A stretch of 64,000 nt of DNA from Adineta vaga (taxonomy: Eukaryota; Animalia; Rotifera). The position numbers and the translations under genes are program-made. The first letter of the stretch is position 1, and each line of letters opens with the position of its first letter. The notes under the pieces were generated by a model. That model was not told where the DNA came from and made no database searches. It worked only from the letters and a program-made list of their open reading frames with translations. Below are positions 1 to 12,053 of the stretch, one piece after another. The DNA is taken from contig CP075496.1 of assembly GCA_021613535.1 (NCBI GenBank), positions 3,596,001 to 3,660,000 of the forward strand, written 5' to 3'.

Positions 1-1387
1 AAACGAAGCAAAACATTATTTTTCAACGTACTTCTGTTGCATATAAAATTTCGAGAACTTTTTGTACGCTTGGTACTGATTCATGTTCGGGTTCTTGACA
101 AATCGTTTCAACATCACGTAATTTTTGATAATAAAAATCACGTTCTTTTTCTAAACTAGCAACTTGAATTGCATGTTGTTGAATAATTTCGTGTAAATTA
201 TCAATCTGTAACGAAAAGTTTATATAAAATAGAAACTCAATCGATTCATCATACTTCATGTTGTAAGCGTATCGTTTCATTATTATGAATTCCTTGATTA
301 TGATGATCACTTATTGTTGTACTATGATTAGATGGGACAGCGGGTCGATGAATAGCAGGTGAAACTTTAGGCGGATGTTGTTGGACTGGTTTAGCTACGA
401 AGAAGAAAACAATCATATGTATTAGTGAATTTTTGTCTTTTAACTTACTGGTAGCTACTGGTTTCTGTGGTACAGGAGCGGCAACTTTTGCTACTGGTGC
501 TCGAGCTGCAGGTGGTGCTCGAATACCAGAACCACCACTAGCACCTGTTGCTTTGCCACCACTACCTAATGGTCTTTAATAGGATCAATTGTTAGATCAT
601 GTGTCAATGGGAAAATGAAGATTTTACTTACTGTCCATCACGAGCAGCAACAGGATCATAATCACTTGCATCCGTATAATTCGCATCAAAAAATTTTTTA
701 AACCATTGAACAAATTCAAAATTATCTTGAAATTTACCCTTAACTAATTTTTCAACAGGGACAATCTATGAGAATGAAAATATGCGAAATCAAGTGAGAA
801 TTTTGTTTATAATTATATCAAACACACATATATATATATATACAATCAATCTTTCTTTCTCGTGCGCACCTTTTCTATCATTTGTTTTTCGATACAACTA
901 CTAAATCTATATGTAATTAGCAAAATCCCGTTCTTCAATATTCGAAAGATTGAATATACATATGTAAATATTTATATAATCAAACTACAATCTACCTTTT
1001 CTACAGAAAGTGCTTTAAAATATTCTTGTAATACTTTAAAATTATTAATATATTCGTGCTCAAGTTTTGTATTCCATTTCACTCGTTTTGATCGTGTACC
1101 TATCGAACCTAAAAGAAAATTTATATTAAGAAATTCTACTTGTTAGTTTGAAACATGCATGAGTATATCAAACTCACCCGGAAACATCATTTCCATGAAT
1201 TGGCAATATGCAGCACCTAATCAAAGAAAAAATGATGATTAATTTACGAATTCGATTCAATACCGGAACAGAGATCTTCAATCTTAACAAAATTTGCATC
1301 AAGAGCAGAATTTATCCATTGTAAAATGTCATTTCGACTAAGATTTTCTGTAGTTACACTTGTATGATATACGTTTATCGCAGCCAT
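1..1387 (-). CDS. MAPRE1: Microtubule-associated protein RP/EB family (EB1), multi-exon, 3' end outside window
   Basis: Minus-strand exons translate as [26 protein letters not shown]...[43 protein letters not shown] (CH domain) and [20 protein letters not shown]...ILYATE (EBH domain), joined by short GT-AG introns. A donor near 28-30 shows the gene continues past the left edge. Confidence 0.95.
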
Positions 1388-1904
1388 CTAGAATAAAAAG
1401 CAGACTATACTTTCTTCATACTTGTTTGATCGATATCGTAAAAGAATAACAACATATCCTCATAGTGACATTTATCATGCTCGTTCGATAAATGTCGATG
1501 TGAAGAATTATATTAGATCATATTGAACTAATAGATGTTATGCTCAAGAATATGTTGTCAATCAACAAAGTTGCAGTAGCAAAAAAAGAACTAAAATGAG
1601 AAAGTGTTTACGTATGATATACAAGAAAAACTTTAAATTATTGATGTATGTAGGATATGAATAATGTTTTTGAACGTCAATAGCGACCAGAAAGACAAAA
1701 TATGGTCATCCGATAAATAAAAAGTAAATACGAAATCAAACATTAATATTCATTCATACAGATATTTTTCGTATTTTTTTTCTTTATATCATTGGAGAAA
1801 ACGTGTTTTTGCAGAGGAAAAAACAATGGACGAAAGAGGACGCTAATTACCAATAAACCGTTCCGTGGCGCGTTGAATAATTATCTTCGTTTTTTTCATA
1901 TAAT

Positions 1905-2757
1905 ATGTTTTGTAATAATGAAATTCTTGATTGTACATTTTATCAAACGACTGATACATGTCAAACAAGTTCCTATTCCAATCGATCAATTTCATCATCG
2001 GACACGAAGTTTCGACATTTGAGACATTATTTCAATGATATTCGTTGTCGAATGTTAACAAAACTAATTCAACGAAATATTACTGGTGAAGAGTTAATTC
2101 AAGCTTTTGAACAGGCGTAAGTTTTGAAAGATATTATTTCATTATTACAACGATTTGTAGGCCAAATATCATTGAGAAAATGTCTATAACTAATTCAAAT
2201 ATACACAATGATTGTTTTATGGATCAATTAGTCAATGTTACATATAATTCAATTATTCAATCTCCAAAACCATGTATTTCTACTTCGCGTCTATCAGAAA
2301 CTAATATCAATCGAAATCCTCAACCTTCACCAGTAAATTGTCAATTCTATTTTTAATTTATATTAATAAAATATTTGTAGCCTTTACCTATTAAAGTAAA
2401 TCATCATGTTTCATAGAAAAATATTTTGTTTTATTCTATTAATTCAAGTCAAAGATCAATTCATTACCATCGCCTAGAAATACTATGTACCAATTGTTTC
2501 TTTTTTTTCTCTTTGAATTACTTTCCACTTTAGCTCTTCATCACCAACATCTGCTTTCTCTCTACCAAAATTTTTACCACCTGAATCCATCACTCCACCA
2601 GAATCTCGTCAATCATCTTTGCTATCGAACCCACCACATCGTTCATCCGATGATATATCTTTTTCAAGTAAAAATTTCTTTTCGAAAAATAGAACACTTA
2701 TTTCTTATCAAATTTTTATTCATAGTGGGTTATCAATGGAAAGGTGAAGACAACTAA
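1905..2757 (+). CDS. Uncharacterised Ser/Pro-rich protein (~200 aa, 6 exons)
   Basis: ORF 1905-2116 splices in frame through five short GT-AG introns (first 2117-2160, last 2668-2725) to ...SMGYQWKGEDN* at 2757. AATAAA at ~2808. No recognisable domain. Confidence 0.6.
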
Positions 2758-2841
2758 AACTGTACAGAAAAGAAAACAATCTTTCCATTTTGTATTAAAT
2801 ACACATAAATAAAAAGAGATAAAACAAAAATATATCTTCAA

Positions 2842-4521
2842 CTAATCACGTACAAATCGTTTATCAAAAGAACTAAGTCCAATACTGAACGCTTGTATAG
2901 CTGAAAATGGATAACGATAATCACATATAAACGTATCCTCATCAACACGACCAAATTGCATAACAACTTCTTCTTGATCTAGATAATCGAACATATAAGA
3001 ATGAATATCAGGAAATAAAAACACTACTTACGATTTTCATGATCAAGAATAATTTGAAAATTTTTCTTTGATGGTCGAACTGAACGATTACCGTAATATT
3101 GAAGCATGTGGATTTTAGTTTCTTAAAAAGAAAGAAGAAAATATGACCAAGTAAAATGATGAAATGATGCTTTACCTTCACTATATTTCGGTAATCGATT
3201 ACGTAATTCTACTAAAGTATCGAATTTTCTATCATGCCATTGATCGAGAATGGTGTCTTGGTCCTATGATTCATTTCAAACATATTTCATGAAATTATCA
3301 ATAAAATTCGAGCATACTTGTGTTGGTTGAACATCATGTCCAAGTTTGGGTATGAGAACTTTCATTTGTCTCGGTCCTCGAAAACCAAACATATTGCTAT
3401 TCTAAAAAATCAAAATATAATCATGATTATTCCATAATTCATTTTTCTCAACGTACATAAACAATTCCAGCTAATTCACGTCGTAAACCATCTTTACAAT
3501 TTGAATCATTAGTTTTACATTTCTTTGAACTTTTTCCATTGTCATATAATGTATATTCAGTACCAGTTAAATTACTTTCACGTAATTTTCCAACATATCC
3601 ATCACCTCCGGCTTTGTCTGATATTGTTTCGATATTTGTTGAAATGACGTATTCAGTTTGTCGATCTAATCGAACTACTTTTCGTGCTGCCATTAAGAAT
3701 GTCTATAGAAAATGAAATGAAAAGAAATCATATCATATCATTAAACTTAATTACCTTCTTTCTATCAGATGGTCGTTCAAAATGTAGATAAAATGTTGGA
3801 TAAAATTCTTTATGTATACCAGTTTTATCACGTCGAAGACAACATTGAATGAATGACGAATGACATTGTGGGATATATGCATAGATGAAAGCATTTAAAT
3901 TCTCTTGAACAAATGAAAGTGGATTGAAAATTGATCTGTCAGTTGGTGGTGATGCCTAATCAATAGAGACAGAAATAACGGTAAATAGGATATTTCAAAT
4001 GTTTCTACTAACTGGAGGTGTATCAGGCATATTTGCAATCATAGATTTGTTGAATTCGTGTTGTTCTCTTACGGAAGGAGATATTTTTACAGGTTGTGTA
4101 CCGGAGAAGATTGGTTTATGATCTGTAGGTGCTTTATCAAATGATGGAACAGTCTTTCTACGTCCAAATTTTCCTAAAATTTCGTCAAAATAGAGAATAA
4201 GAATTCAATTTATAGATTATTCCAAACATACTTTTACGTCTATCCTCATTCGGCATTGGATCCCATTCAGCTATTTTTGTTACAGTTTGTCTTGCTAGCA
4301 TCTATACAAATCATAATTGAAATTCTATTGAAAAAAAAACATGTCACTAACATTGGGTAATGGATTATGTGGTGTAAATGTAATACGTCGATATAATCGT
4401 TGATCAATTTCTTCTTCATTATCGGAATCTTCCACTCTGACAAGATCAACAAGAAAACTTAAACTCAACATTCATCAATTCATTCTTACCTCCATGGATT
4501 TGCCATAATTTCGTGTAACAT
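2842..4521 (-). CDS. Tubby-domain protein (divergent TUB/TULP family member)
   Basis: Exons encode [66 protein letters not shown] and [35 protein letters not shown], the Tubby C-terminal domain. The start (4521 or 4506) is inferred from splicing. Confidence 0.9.
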
Positions 4522-4856
4522 TTCGAAAGTTTCAAATGTCGATCAGATCTATAGTATTTATCTGAAATTATCACAAAGAAGAAAATATGATTGAATCGAA
4601 CACAAATAAGAAAGAATGTCATTCGATCAACTACAATCTCATCGCATTGTTTTACTTTGTTTTGCTGTGTGATTTCGTTTTTTTGACTGTTAAATAGTCT
4701 GATGATTGTATGAAGAAACGCCTTTTTTCTTTCATTTAAACTCATGAATATGTTTGTTTGCATATTTAATGTAAACGACGTCGTAGATGCATTTTATGTA
4801 ACAAAGAAAAACAAAAGAGAAAAAAAAGGTGTAGATGTTTTCGTTTTATTCGTTGC

Positions 4857-6522
4857 TTATATCCTTTTAGTTTTTGTTTTTTTAGTTTCGGAAGAATGTA
4901 TGGTGAATGAATTCGATCGATCTGGAATACGCTGCTGTGTATGATGAATTAACTTCAATTCGTTTTTTATTTGTTCTTGATTCGACTTCAACGTTCGTTT
5001 CTCATCATTTCGATAGAGTTCATCTGAAATAGGATGATGTGCTCTTGATAAAATAGGTGTTTGAGATCGATGATCACGTGATGGTTGCCTTCTTTGTTCA
5101 AGTCGTAAATCATCTTGTGAATGATATTTTGATCGTTGTTGAATTTGTTCTACAACATATTTTTTTATTGTATTAGTTATTCGTTCTTGTTGATTTGAAT
5201 TGGATTTAAGAAAATGAGCAGAATTTTTTCCAACATCAACTGATACATAGATTTCTGACTCATGACGAGCAAGTAATGAAATTGTCAATTGCATACATTG
5301 AAATTCAGCTGTACGAATATTTGAAAATGAACGCCAGGATTGATCATTTATTGGTACTTTGATTGGAATTGTTAGATCAGGATTTACAAGAGTAACTTCA
5401 AGATCTTCGACACGACAGAGTGGAATTTTATCACCACTTAGAATACTTTTTAATATCATATAACCATCAAATTCGATAGATTTAATTGGTCGATCACCTG
5501 AAATAGAGAAGCAAAAAAACAATTTTGTGAATCAAAATAGAAATTTAGAGTTTTACCTCGAATCAATTTAACATAGAGTAATTTATCATTCCCAAATTTT
5601 GTTATATAATCAAAAAGATTTTGTGTTGAATGTAAATAACGTAATTCTGTTGAACCTTCGGAAGCAATTGGATATATATCGCATGATTGTTCATTAACTT
5701 CGAGAAAAAACGAACGTTTATGTTGCTCATTCATTGTTGTACAATGTAATGAACGTAATACACGGTTACGAATTAATTTCTCCTTCTTCTGCATGTCTGG
5801 TAGAAGGAATTGAAGGAACGAGTCGACATTTGATTTTGATTCATTGATATAATCCTGAGATGTTCGTTCACCTTCACTTGGTGTATATTCAACTTCACCA
5901 ATATCTGTTATTTGAAATTCAACATTTTCTTCAATAAAGATTCGTTTTCGATCAATTCTATATCCTTGAAAAACGGTTGGATCTAAAGAGAATAGAAATC
6001 GAATAGAATCAATGGAAAGAATAAATCGAATTAATTTACCATTTTTACGAACATGAAGTTCAAATGCTTCAATTTGTTTTGCACATATATACGAACGAGG
6101 TATTATACGTTGATTTTGAATATCTTTTTTGTAAATCATTTCAATATCTGTCGTAGCTAATCGATGGATATGTTCACTACCTTTGGAAATTACTCTCCAT
6201 ATACCTAATGTCATAAAAATCGAATCAATTATTTACTTTTCAATATGACTTTCGCAAAGATACAACCTGTATGTTTACTTGAGAGAATGATTTCGTGTTC
6301 GAGAACATCAAATCGATCATTAGCTACTTTACATGGCGATGCCATAATAAATTGGCCATGAATTTTTTCTCCGACAATAATTGATCTCGTACCAATTTGA
6401 ACTAAAGAAAGAGACAAATTAAATCTGTTCAATCTTGTAAACATCCGATTATACCAAGCGTCGGTTTTCTTATAGCAGAATCTTCTACAACACTTTGAAG
6501 TGTTGTTTGTTTTTCGCTCCAT
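4857..6522 (-). CDS. Uncharacterised multi-exon protein (~470 aa)
   Basis: Three overlapping long ORFs (6229-6522, 5456-6214, 4857-5522) contain internal GT-AG introns and coding-like composition. AATAAA lies just after the stop. No family recognised. Confidence 0.7.
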
Positions 6523-8540
6523 CGTATTCGTTCCATATCAATATTGAAAGTCGTTAAAAAAAAAACTTAACTGAATTTATTCGTCGATTCTTTCGTGACT
6601 ATCATACATGTTAGTTAGTAAGGTATATATTGATTATATTTACTTCGTTTCACTCATCATGCATGATATTTGAATGATAGAAAATAGAAAGGAATAAGGT
6701 GAAAAACAAGACAGATGATGATATTGATTAAAAAGGTGTAGGCAGTTTGCTCGTATGAATATAAATAATCATGTCTAGAGAAATAAATTATATTCGAATT
6801 TATAAAAACCACGAACATTTTCAATATGATTTTTAGATTATCATTATAAATCATGCTATTTCAACTTATTTCTTTAGAAAAATTGTCAACATGTTTGGAT
6901 AGTGACCTATGACTAACATGAAATGTTTTGTAGAAAATAAATCTCTATAGTATGAATACATATTTTCAACATTAATGAGAGGTGATATTTTTACTGGCTG
7001 ATTTCTTTTATCAAAACAATATTCGACAATAATGAATCACATTAACATAAGTATAACTTATCAAAGTAAGATTAAATGAAGACACAATGATCAGTGTTAA
7101 TATTGGTATATAATTCTAACACTTTCTTTATGTTTGTCTATCTGTCTACCATCACTTAGTTGAGAAAGTAAAAGAATAAGATTGTATCAATAATAGATGT
7201 TAGTTATCGATGATTGCTCGGTCAATCGAGAAGGAAAAGAAAAACGTCTGTCTGTTCAATGGCATATATGACACATCTGTTCTTTTACTATTGTTTGTAA
7301 TATATACATCTGTATATAGGTCATCAGACATGAATACAATGCAAAATTATGTATGAATATGAAATTAACATTTCGAAATACTAATTAGTCATTTTGAGAG
7401 AGATATCTTTTAATTTATATAAAAATTTCAATTAATCATTTACTTCAATCATTTTCAAAAGCGAATATCTCATAGCAGAAAGGATTCTACAGAAGTCATT
7501 TTAGTTCATTAATATTGTATAGATTTTAATTTGAAATTTTAATTTTTTAATGTCATATGTTTTTTATAATTACTCTATGGATAATTATAATTCAATATTC
7601 TGTTTTTCATAAATGATCTGCTTTGTTCGCATGTACAATAGTTTAATGTGTCATTTTAATAATAGTACTTGAACAGATAATACTGATCATTATAAACAAA
7701 TACAAAAGAAAGAATCTACTATCATTGTTCTTTGTCTCAATGAATAATGATGATAGACAAATTAGATAGAAAGCTCTTTTCAAAATATCTTATGTATAGA
7801 TGCAATCATCTCGATACTTTTTCTCTTATTTCTGTATTGTTCGTTTGTTTAAAATGAATTCTTATCATTTGATAATTAAGCATATGTATAGACATGTTCT
7901 AATGAGATATGATACATTCGCGTAATCGAGATACTTTCAATGTCTTAATAGATTTCTATCTATGTAATCCAATTGATTAGTATATCGTACATTTTCAGTC
8001 TATGTCTATTCATGATTGTGTCATTGTTAGATGACAAAAAATTGAGATCCTAGATCAAACAGGATGTGGTACAAATCGTCAATGATATTATTCATAACAG
8101 TGAAGCGTCGTGGACATGTTCTCAAACATAAGAAAAAGGTTATACAGCTCAACACGTCACTATTATTGTGTGAACAAAATTACTAGATTTGGTAATGAAA
8201 ATATATACATTGAAAAGGACACGCTATTGAATGGTGACCGCTTTCATTTACATTTGATCTGGTCAGACAAGCATACGTAGACAAAGAGCAAGGTCCGGCC
8301 AGACACGACAATAATAAATGAGAAATTTTCTTTTCTTACATATTGTTTGAAGACGATGAGTTACGTGCTGTGGCAGCTGGTCAATGTCCATGGGCAATGA
8401 ACAAATATCTGAACAAGAAAGAGAACCAGAGATGCAATGACGACGCGTCTCTCTGACCGCGTCGGCAGCAAATTGAATTAGCGATTATGTGTCTGTCTGG
8501 CTGTCTGACCTAAAAATGAAAGGCAAGCAAGCGAAAGAAA

Positions 8541-8580
8541 GAACGAGCGAGCGAACGAACGACCGACCGACTGACCGAGA
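8541..8580. repeat. Degenerate (GANC)n tetranucleotide array
   Basis: gaac gagc gagc gaac gaac gacc gacc gact gacc gaga. Confidence 0.7.
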
Positions 8581-9577
8581 ACGTTTGGTTGGTCAAGTGG
8601 TCTCGTGTTATATGCTTCAGTTAGATTACGTCTCCCTTTCTCATTCAATGCTCGCCGAAAGCACAAAGGAGAACAAGAACATAGCAAGCACGTTTCTTCT
8701 TCTGTTCTCATACGTCATCGTTTTCTTTTCTACTTTAAGTGTACATATATGAATGTGTATGCGGACAGAGTCCATTAGTTGGCCTTGAACGATGACGATC
8801 GTGTTCTCGTTCTCGTTCTTCTTCTTGTTCTTCTTCTTCGCCTTATCCTATGTACGGTTTTATATTCAACGACAAGCACAAAAGCAAAAAAATGAGAGAA
8901 CAGTATCTAGAGAAAAGAAAAGAAGGAGAAAGAGAGAGAGAGAGAAAACGGTCAGTTGTTGTTATTTGATGGTCAATCAGTAGACGACAAAGACTACGCA
9001 ATCATACTTTTGAATATATTTTTGATCTGACGCGTGTTTTTCCAAAGTCATTCGTATCAAATAACAAAAATAGTAGATTTACATTGCAAATTCTTTTCAA
9101 CATATAAATTCTACTCTAATTCAACGTCTGTGAATAAAAATATAAATAGGTAAGTTTTGGAGTTAATCTACTTTACGAAAATTATATCTACTGTATTATT
9201 TAATCGTAGAAAATTTTCTAAAAACATGTATTTGTCATGAAAGTTATAAGATTAGAACTTCAAATTAGTCAATAGTAAATCGCTAGTAATCTGTGGTATT
9301 ATTTAATAAACAGTGTTAGAAGATGAGATCTGTGTCGATGTGTTCCACCTTTTCAATGAAGTTTCCGTGAAGATTTTTTCGTAGGCATGACACTTATTAT
9401 CATTAAAGTTCGATTTTTCATTAGAATAGAAGTAGTGAAAATGAACAGACACTACTGATGTCAAAATATATGTGTTCAAAAAAAGCAACGACATTTACTA
9501 TCACTGAGTGTGTCTGTCTGACTGTCTGGCTGCTTTCTGTTTGTCTATTCAGCCATATATACAAAGCCTAGACGTTT

Positions 9578-9603
9578 TGTATGTATGTATGTATGTATGT
9601 ATG
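9578..9603. repeat. (TATG)n microsatellite
   Basis: Direct reading: tgtatgtatgtatgtatgtatgtatg. Confidence 0.85.
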
Positions 9604-11422
9604 CTGTAATAGTCTAGTTGTCCTCCAGCAAAACGAGCCGAGAGAAAAGAAAAAGAAGAAGAGTGAACAAGCGACTGGCTAGCTAGCCGAATCGACCAAT
9701 TGAACAGTATAGTACAAGTCATAATTACTGTTCTATTGAATACATCGATTGCTGTTGAGTGCATATGTCTGGCGCTGTTGTCTGGGTCAGTTCTATTTCA
9801 ATCGTTCATTCACCTTGGTCTTTTTTCTCTTTCTACCATATGTACACATTGCGCATATATACATATATATATATATATATGAACTATATTTGCTTTCCAT
9901 CCATTATTTCTTTTTTTTTTGAGTGGAGTATATATGTACAGGTGCTTCGATTATTGTAGGTCGGCGCTAACGACAGGTCAGTCTCGAGTTTACTCTTTTG
10001 TACATTGTTGGTAGTGATGATCGTAGTAGCTTACATCATATATGCGCCGCCGTCATTGTCATACCGCGATGAGGAGTTGCGCAATATACTATTCCCTCGT
10101 TCTTTCTACTACATTCTACCTTCTTCTACACGAGTCTTCCTTGAGCGAATATACTGACCGTGTACATCTACGTATGCCTATATATACATATACGTATTAT
10201 ATATATAGATATATATATAAATACATATATATGTATATAGATGTATATGCATTAGGTAAGAAACTGGTCCGAAACAAGCACTCAGTCAGATAATGCACAT
10301 AAAATGACATTGAATGATTGAGAGTGAGGCGAAGATGAGCAAATTTTTCTCTTTACTCTCTCACTATGATGCGTGTCGTGTCCCTCGCCTTGCTCCTGTC
10401 GTAATCGATGATATTGGATTGATTAAAGTACGAGTAGAGTAAAGTGCATACAGTGAAGTGGTAAAATTCAATAATTTTAACAAACGAACATACATATACA
10501 TGTGTATCTCCATTCATTTCTAAACCTTGACCTCGACCACGTATGAATCTCTTTTTCTCCTTTCACATTTAAAACTATTAGTTTCTGTGATATAAAAAGA
10601 TCTACGTGTGTTTAAGGTAAGATCATATTGAGAGTCTTCATAGAAAACTAGTATAAGTTTTTCATTGTTCTTTTTCATGGTATTCTTAATTTATCATTAC
10701 GTTGGTAATTTACAGATTATATGTATCATCAGTTTCTTACAAAGCAAAAGAAGAAGAAGAAGACGAAGAAAGTTATTTTTCTGCTTTGTGTTGTTTTTTC
10801 ATACGCTTTAATCAAGACATGACGAGAAAAAGGAGAAGGAAAGAAAGGAAAGAATTTTTAGTAGTGCAAGGGTCGATTAGAATAAGACGAAAACATCAAA
10901 ATACTGCTGTCGTGGCACTAATTATGCAAGGGTAAAGAATCAAAACTGGAAACAGCTGAGTGTCACCTTATTTTCAAAAACAAAGCTTTCATTCTCTCTT
11001 TTTCTTTTCTGTTATCAATGGATAAATGAAAGAAACGACAAATTTTTTTGTCTTTATGAAAAGACAAAGTAAGAATAGAACATGAAGATGAATGGACATG
11101 CTTGCTGTTTGTCTCTTGTTCTGTCGAAGTAGAAAATTCGACTCCATCGCTTGCGTATATATGCAGTGACACATAAAAGCAACAACAACAATATTATCGT
11201 CACGACTAGTGTTTGGCGCACTATCGCAAGCACGCGGGCAGCCTTTTGACATATAGTTCAAGGTCGTCTTTCCTTCTCCGTCCCTAGACAACAATGTATA
11301 CTTGCATGTGTCCTTGAAAACACGAGAAAAAAGGAAGGGAAAAATAAAGAGAGAGAGAGAGAGAAAAGGCTGATTCAAAATAAGTAGAAAAACAAGATGA
11401 AGTAGAGAAAGGTTCCCGTTTA

Positions 11423-11458
11423 ATGATGATGATGATGATTGTTGTTGTTGTTGTTGTT
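11423..11458. repeat. Compound (GAT)n(GTT)n microsatellite
   Basis: atgatgatgatgatgatt followed by gttgttgttgttgttgtt. Confidence 0.85.
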
Positions 11459-12053
11459 CTTCTGAATTCGCGTCCGTCCGCGTAAGAAAAATATAATCGA
11501 TTTCTCTCTCTCTCTCCTTCTCGTCTTTTTTTCATATTCATCAATATAACTATAAATGTCCGCATTTGAGGATGACATGATCTAGTTCTATGGACGACAT
11601 AATATTGATTATTTGAAAAGTTTTAAAATCAGAGAGAAGATAGGCGTAAATGACAAACAATAACTTCATAAAAATTTCTTTACCGATCATTTTAAACTAG
11701 AACGACTATTTCATTCAGTTTTTTTCCGTTCAGCCTTCCCGTTTTTTTTTGTTTCATCGTCATAATATGAACGCTCACATTCATTATCGCGTACCGATAA
11801 TGGCTAGACAGGAATTAAAGCATCACAAATAAAAAACAAAGAAGAAATAAAAAGAATATTGGACAATACATACGATCGTCGCCGTTTTATGTGTATAGAT
11901 CGGATGAACGAGGAGGGACAAGAGACAACAATAATTTTACCGTTCATAATCGATTACACAACTTAATCTCTATTCTTTTCTCTCTTTTGTCATTCTAGAC
12001 CGATAAGGTCAGTTTTTTTTACGTGGCCCACTGAATAAGTCCATTGATCACCG

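Larger units (their letters stand above)
6600..12053 (+). promoter_or_regulatory. Large upstream/intronic regulatory region of the nuclear-receptor-like gene
   Basis: Longest gene-free stretch in the window. It contains YCAAGGHCR sites (8780-8788, 11258-11266, 11309-11317), AGGTCA/TGACCT half-sites (6903, 7318, 8506, ~9975, 10528, 12006), microsatellites, and candidate 5'UTR splice donors (~10257, ~10617) with an acceptor at ~11998. Confidence 0.55.

Noticed and set aside
6657-11565. Many 60-130 aa ORFs on both strands in the large intergenic region, including possible zinc-finger exons for the receptor
   Set aside because: They derive from microsatellites and poly-purine tracts, show no domain signatures, and contain no CxxC-x13-CxxC pattern.
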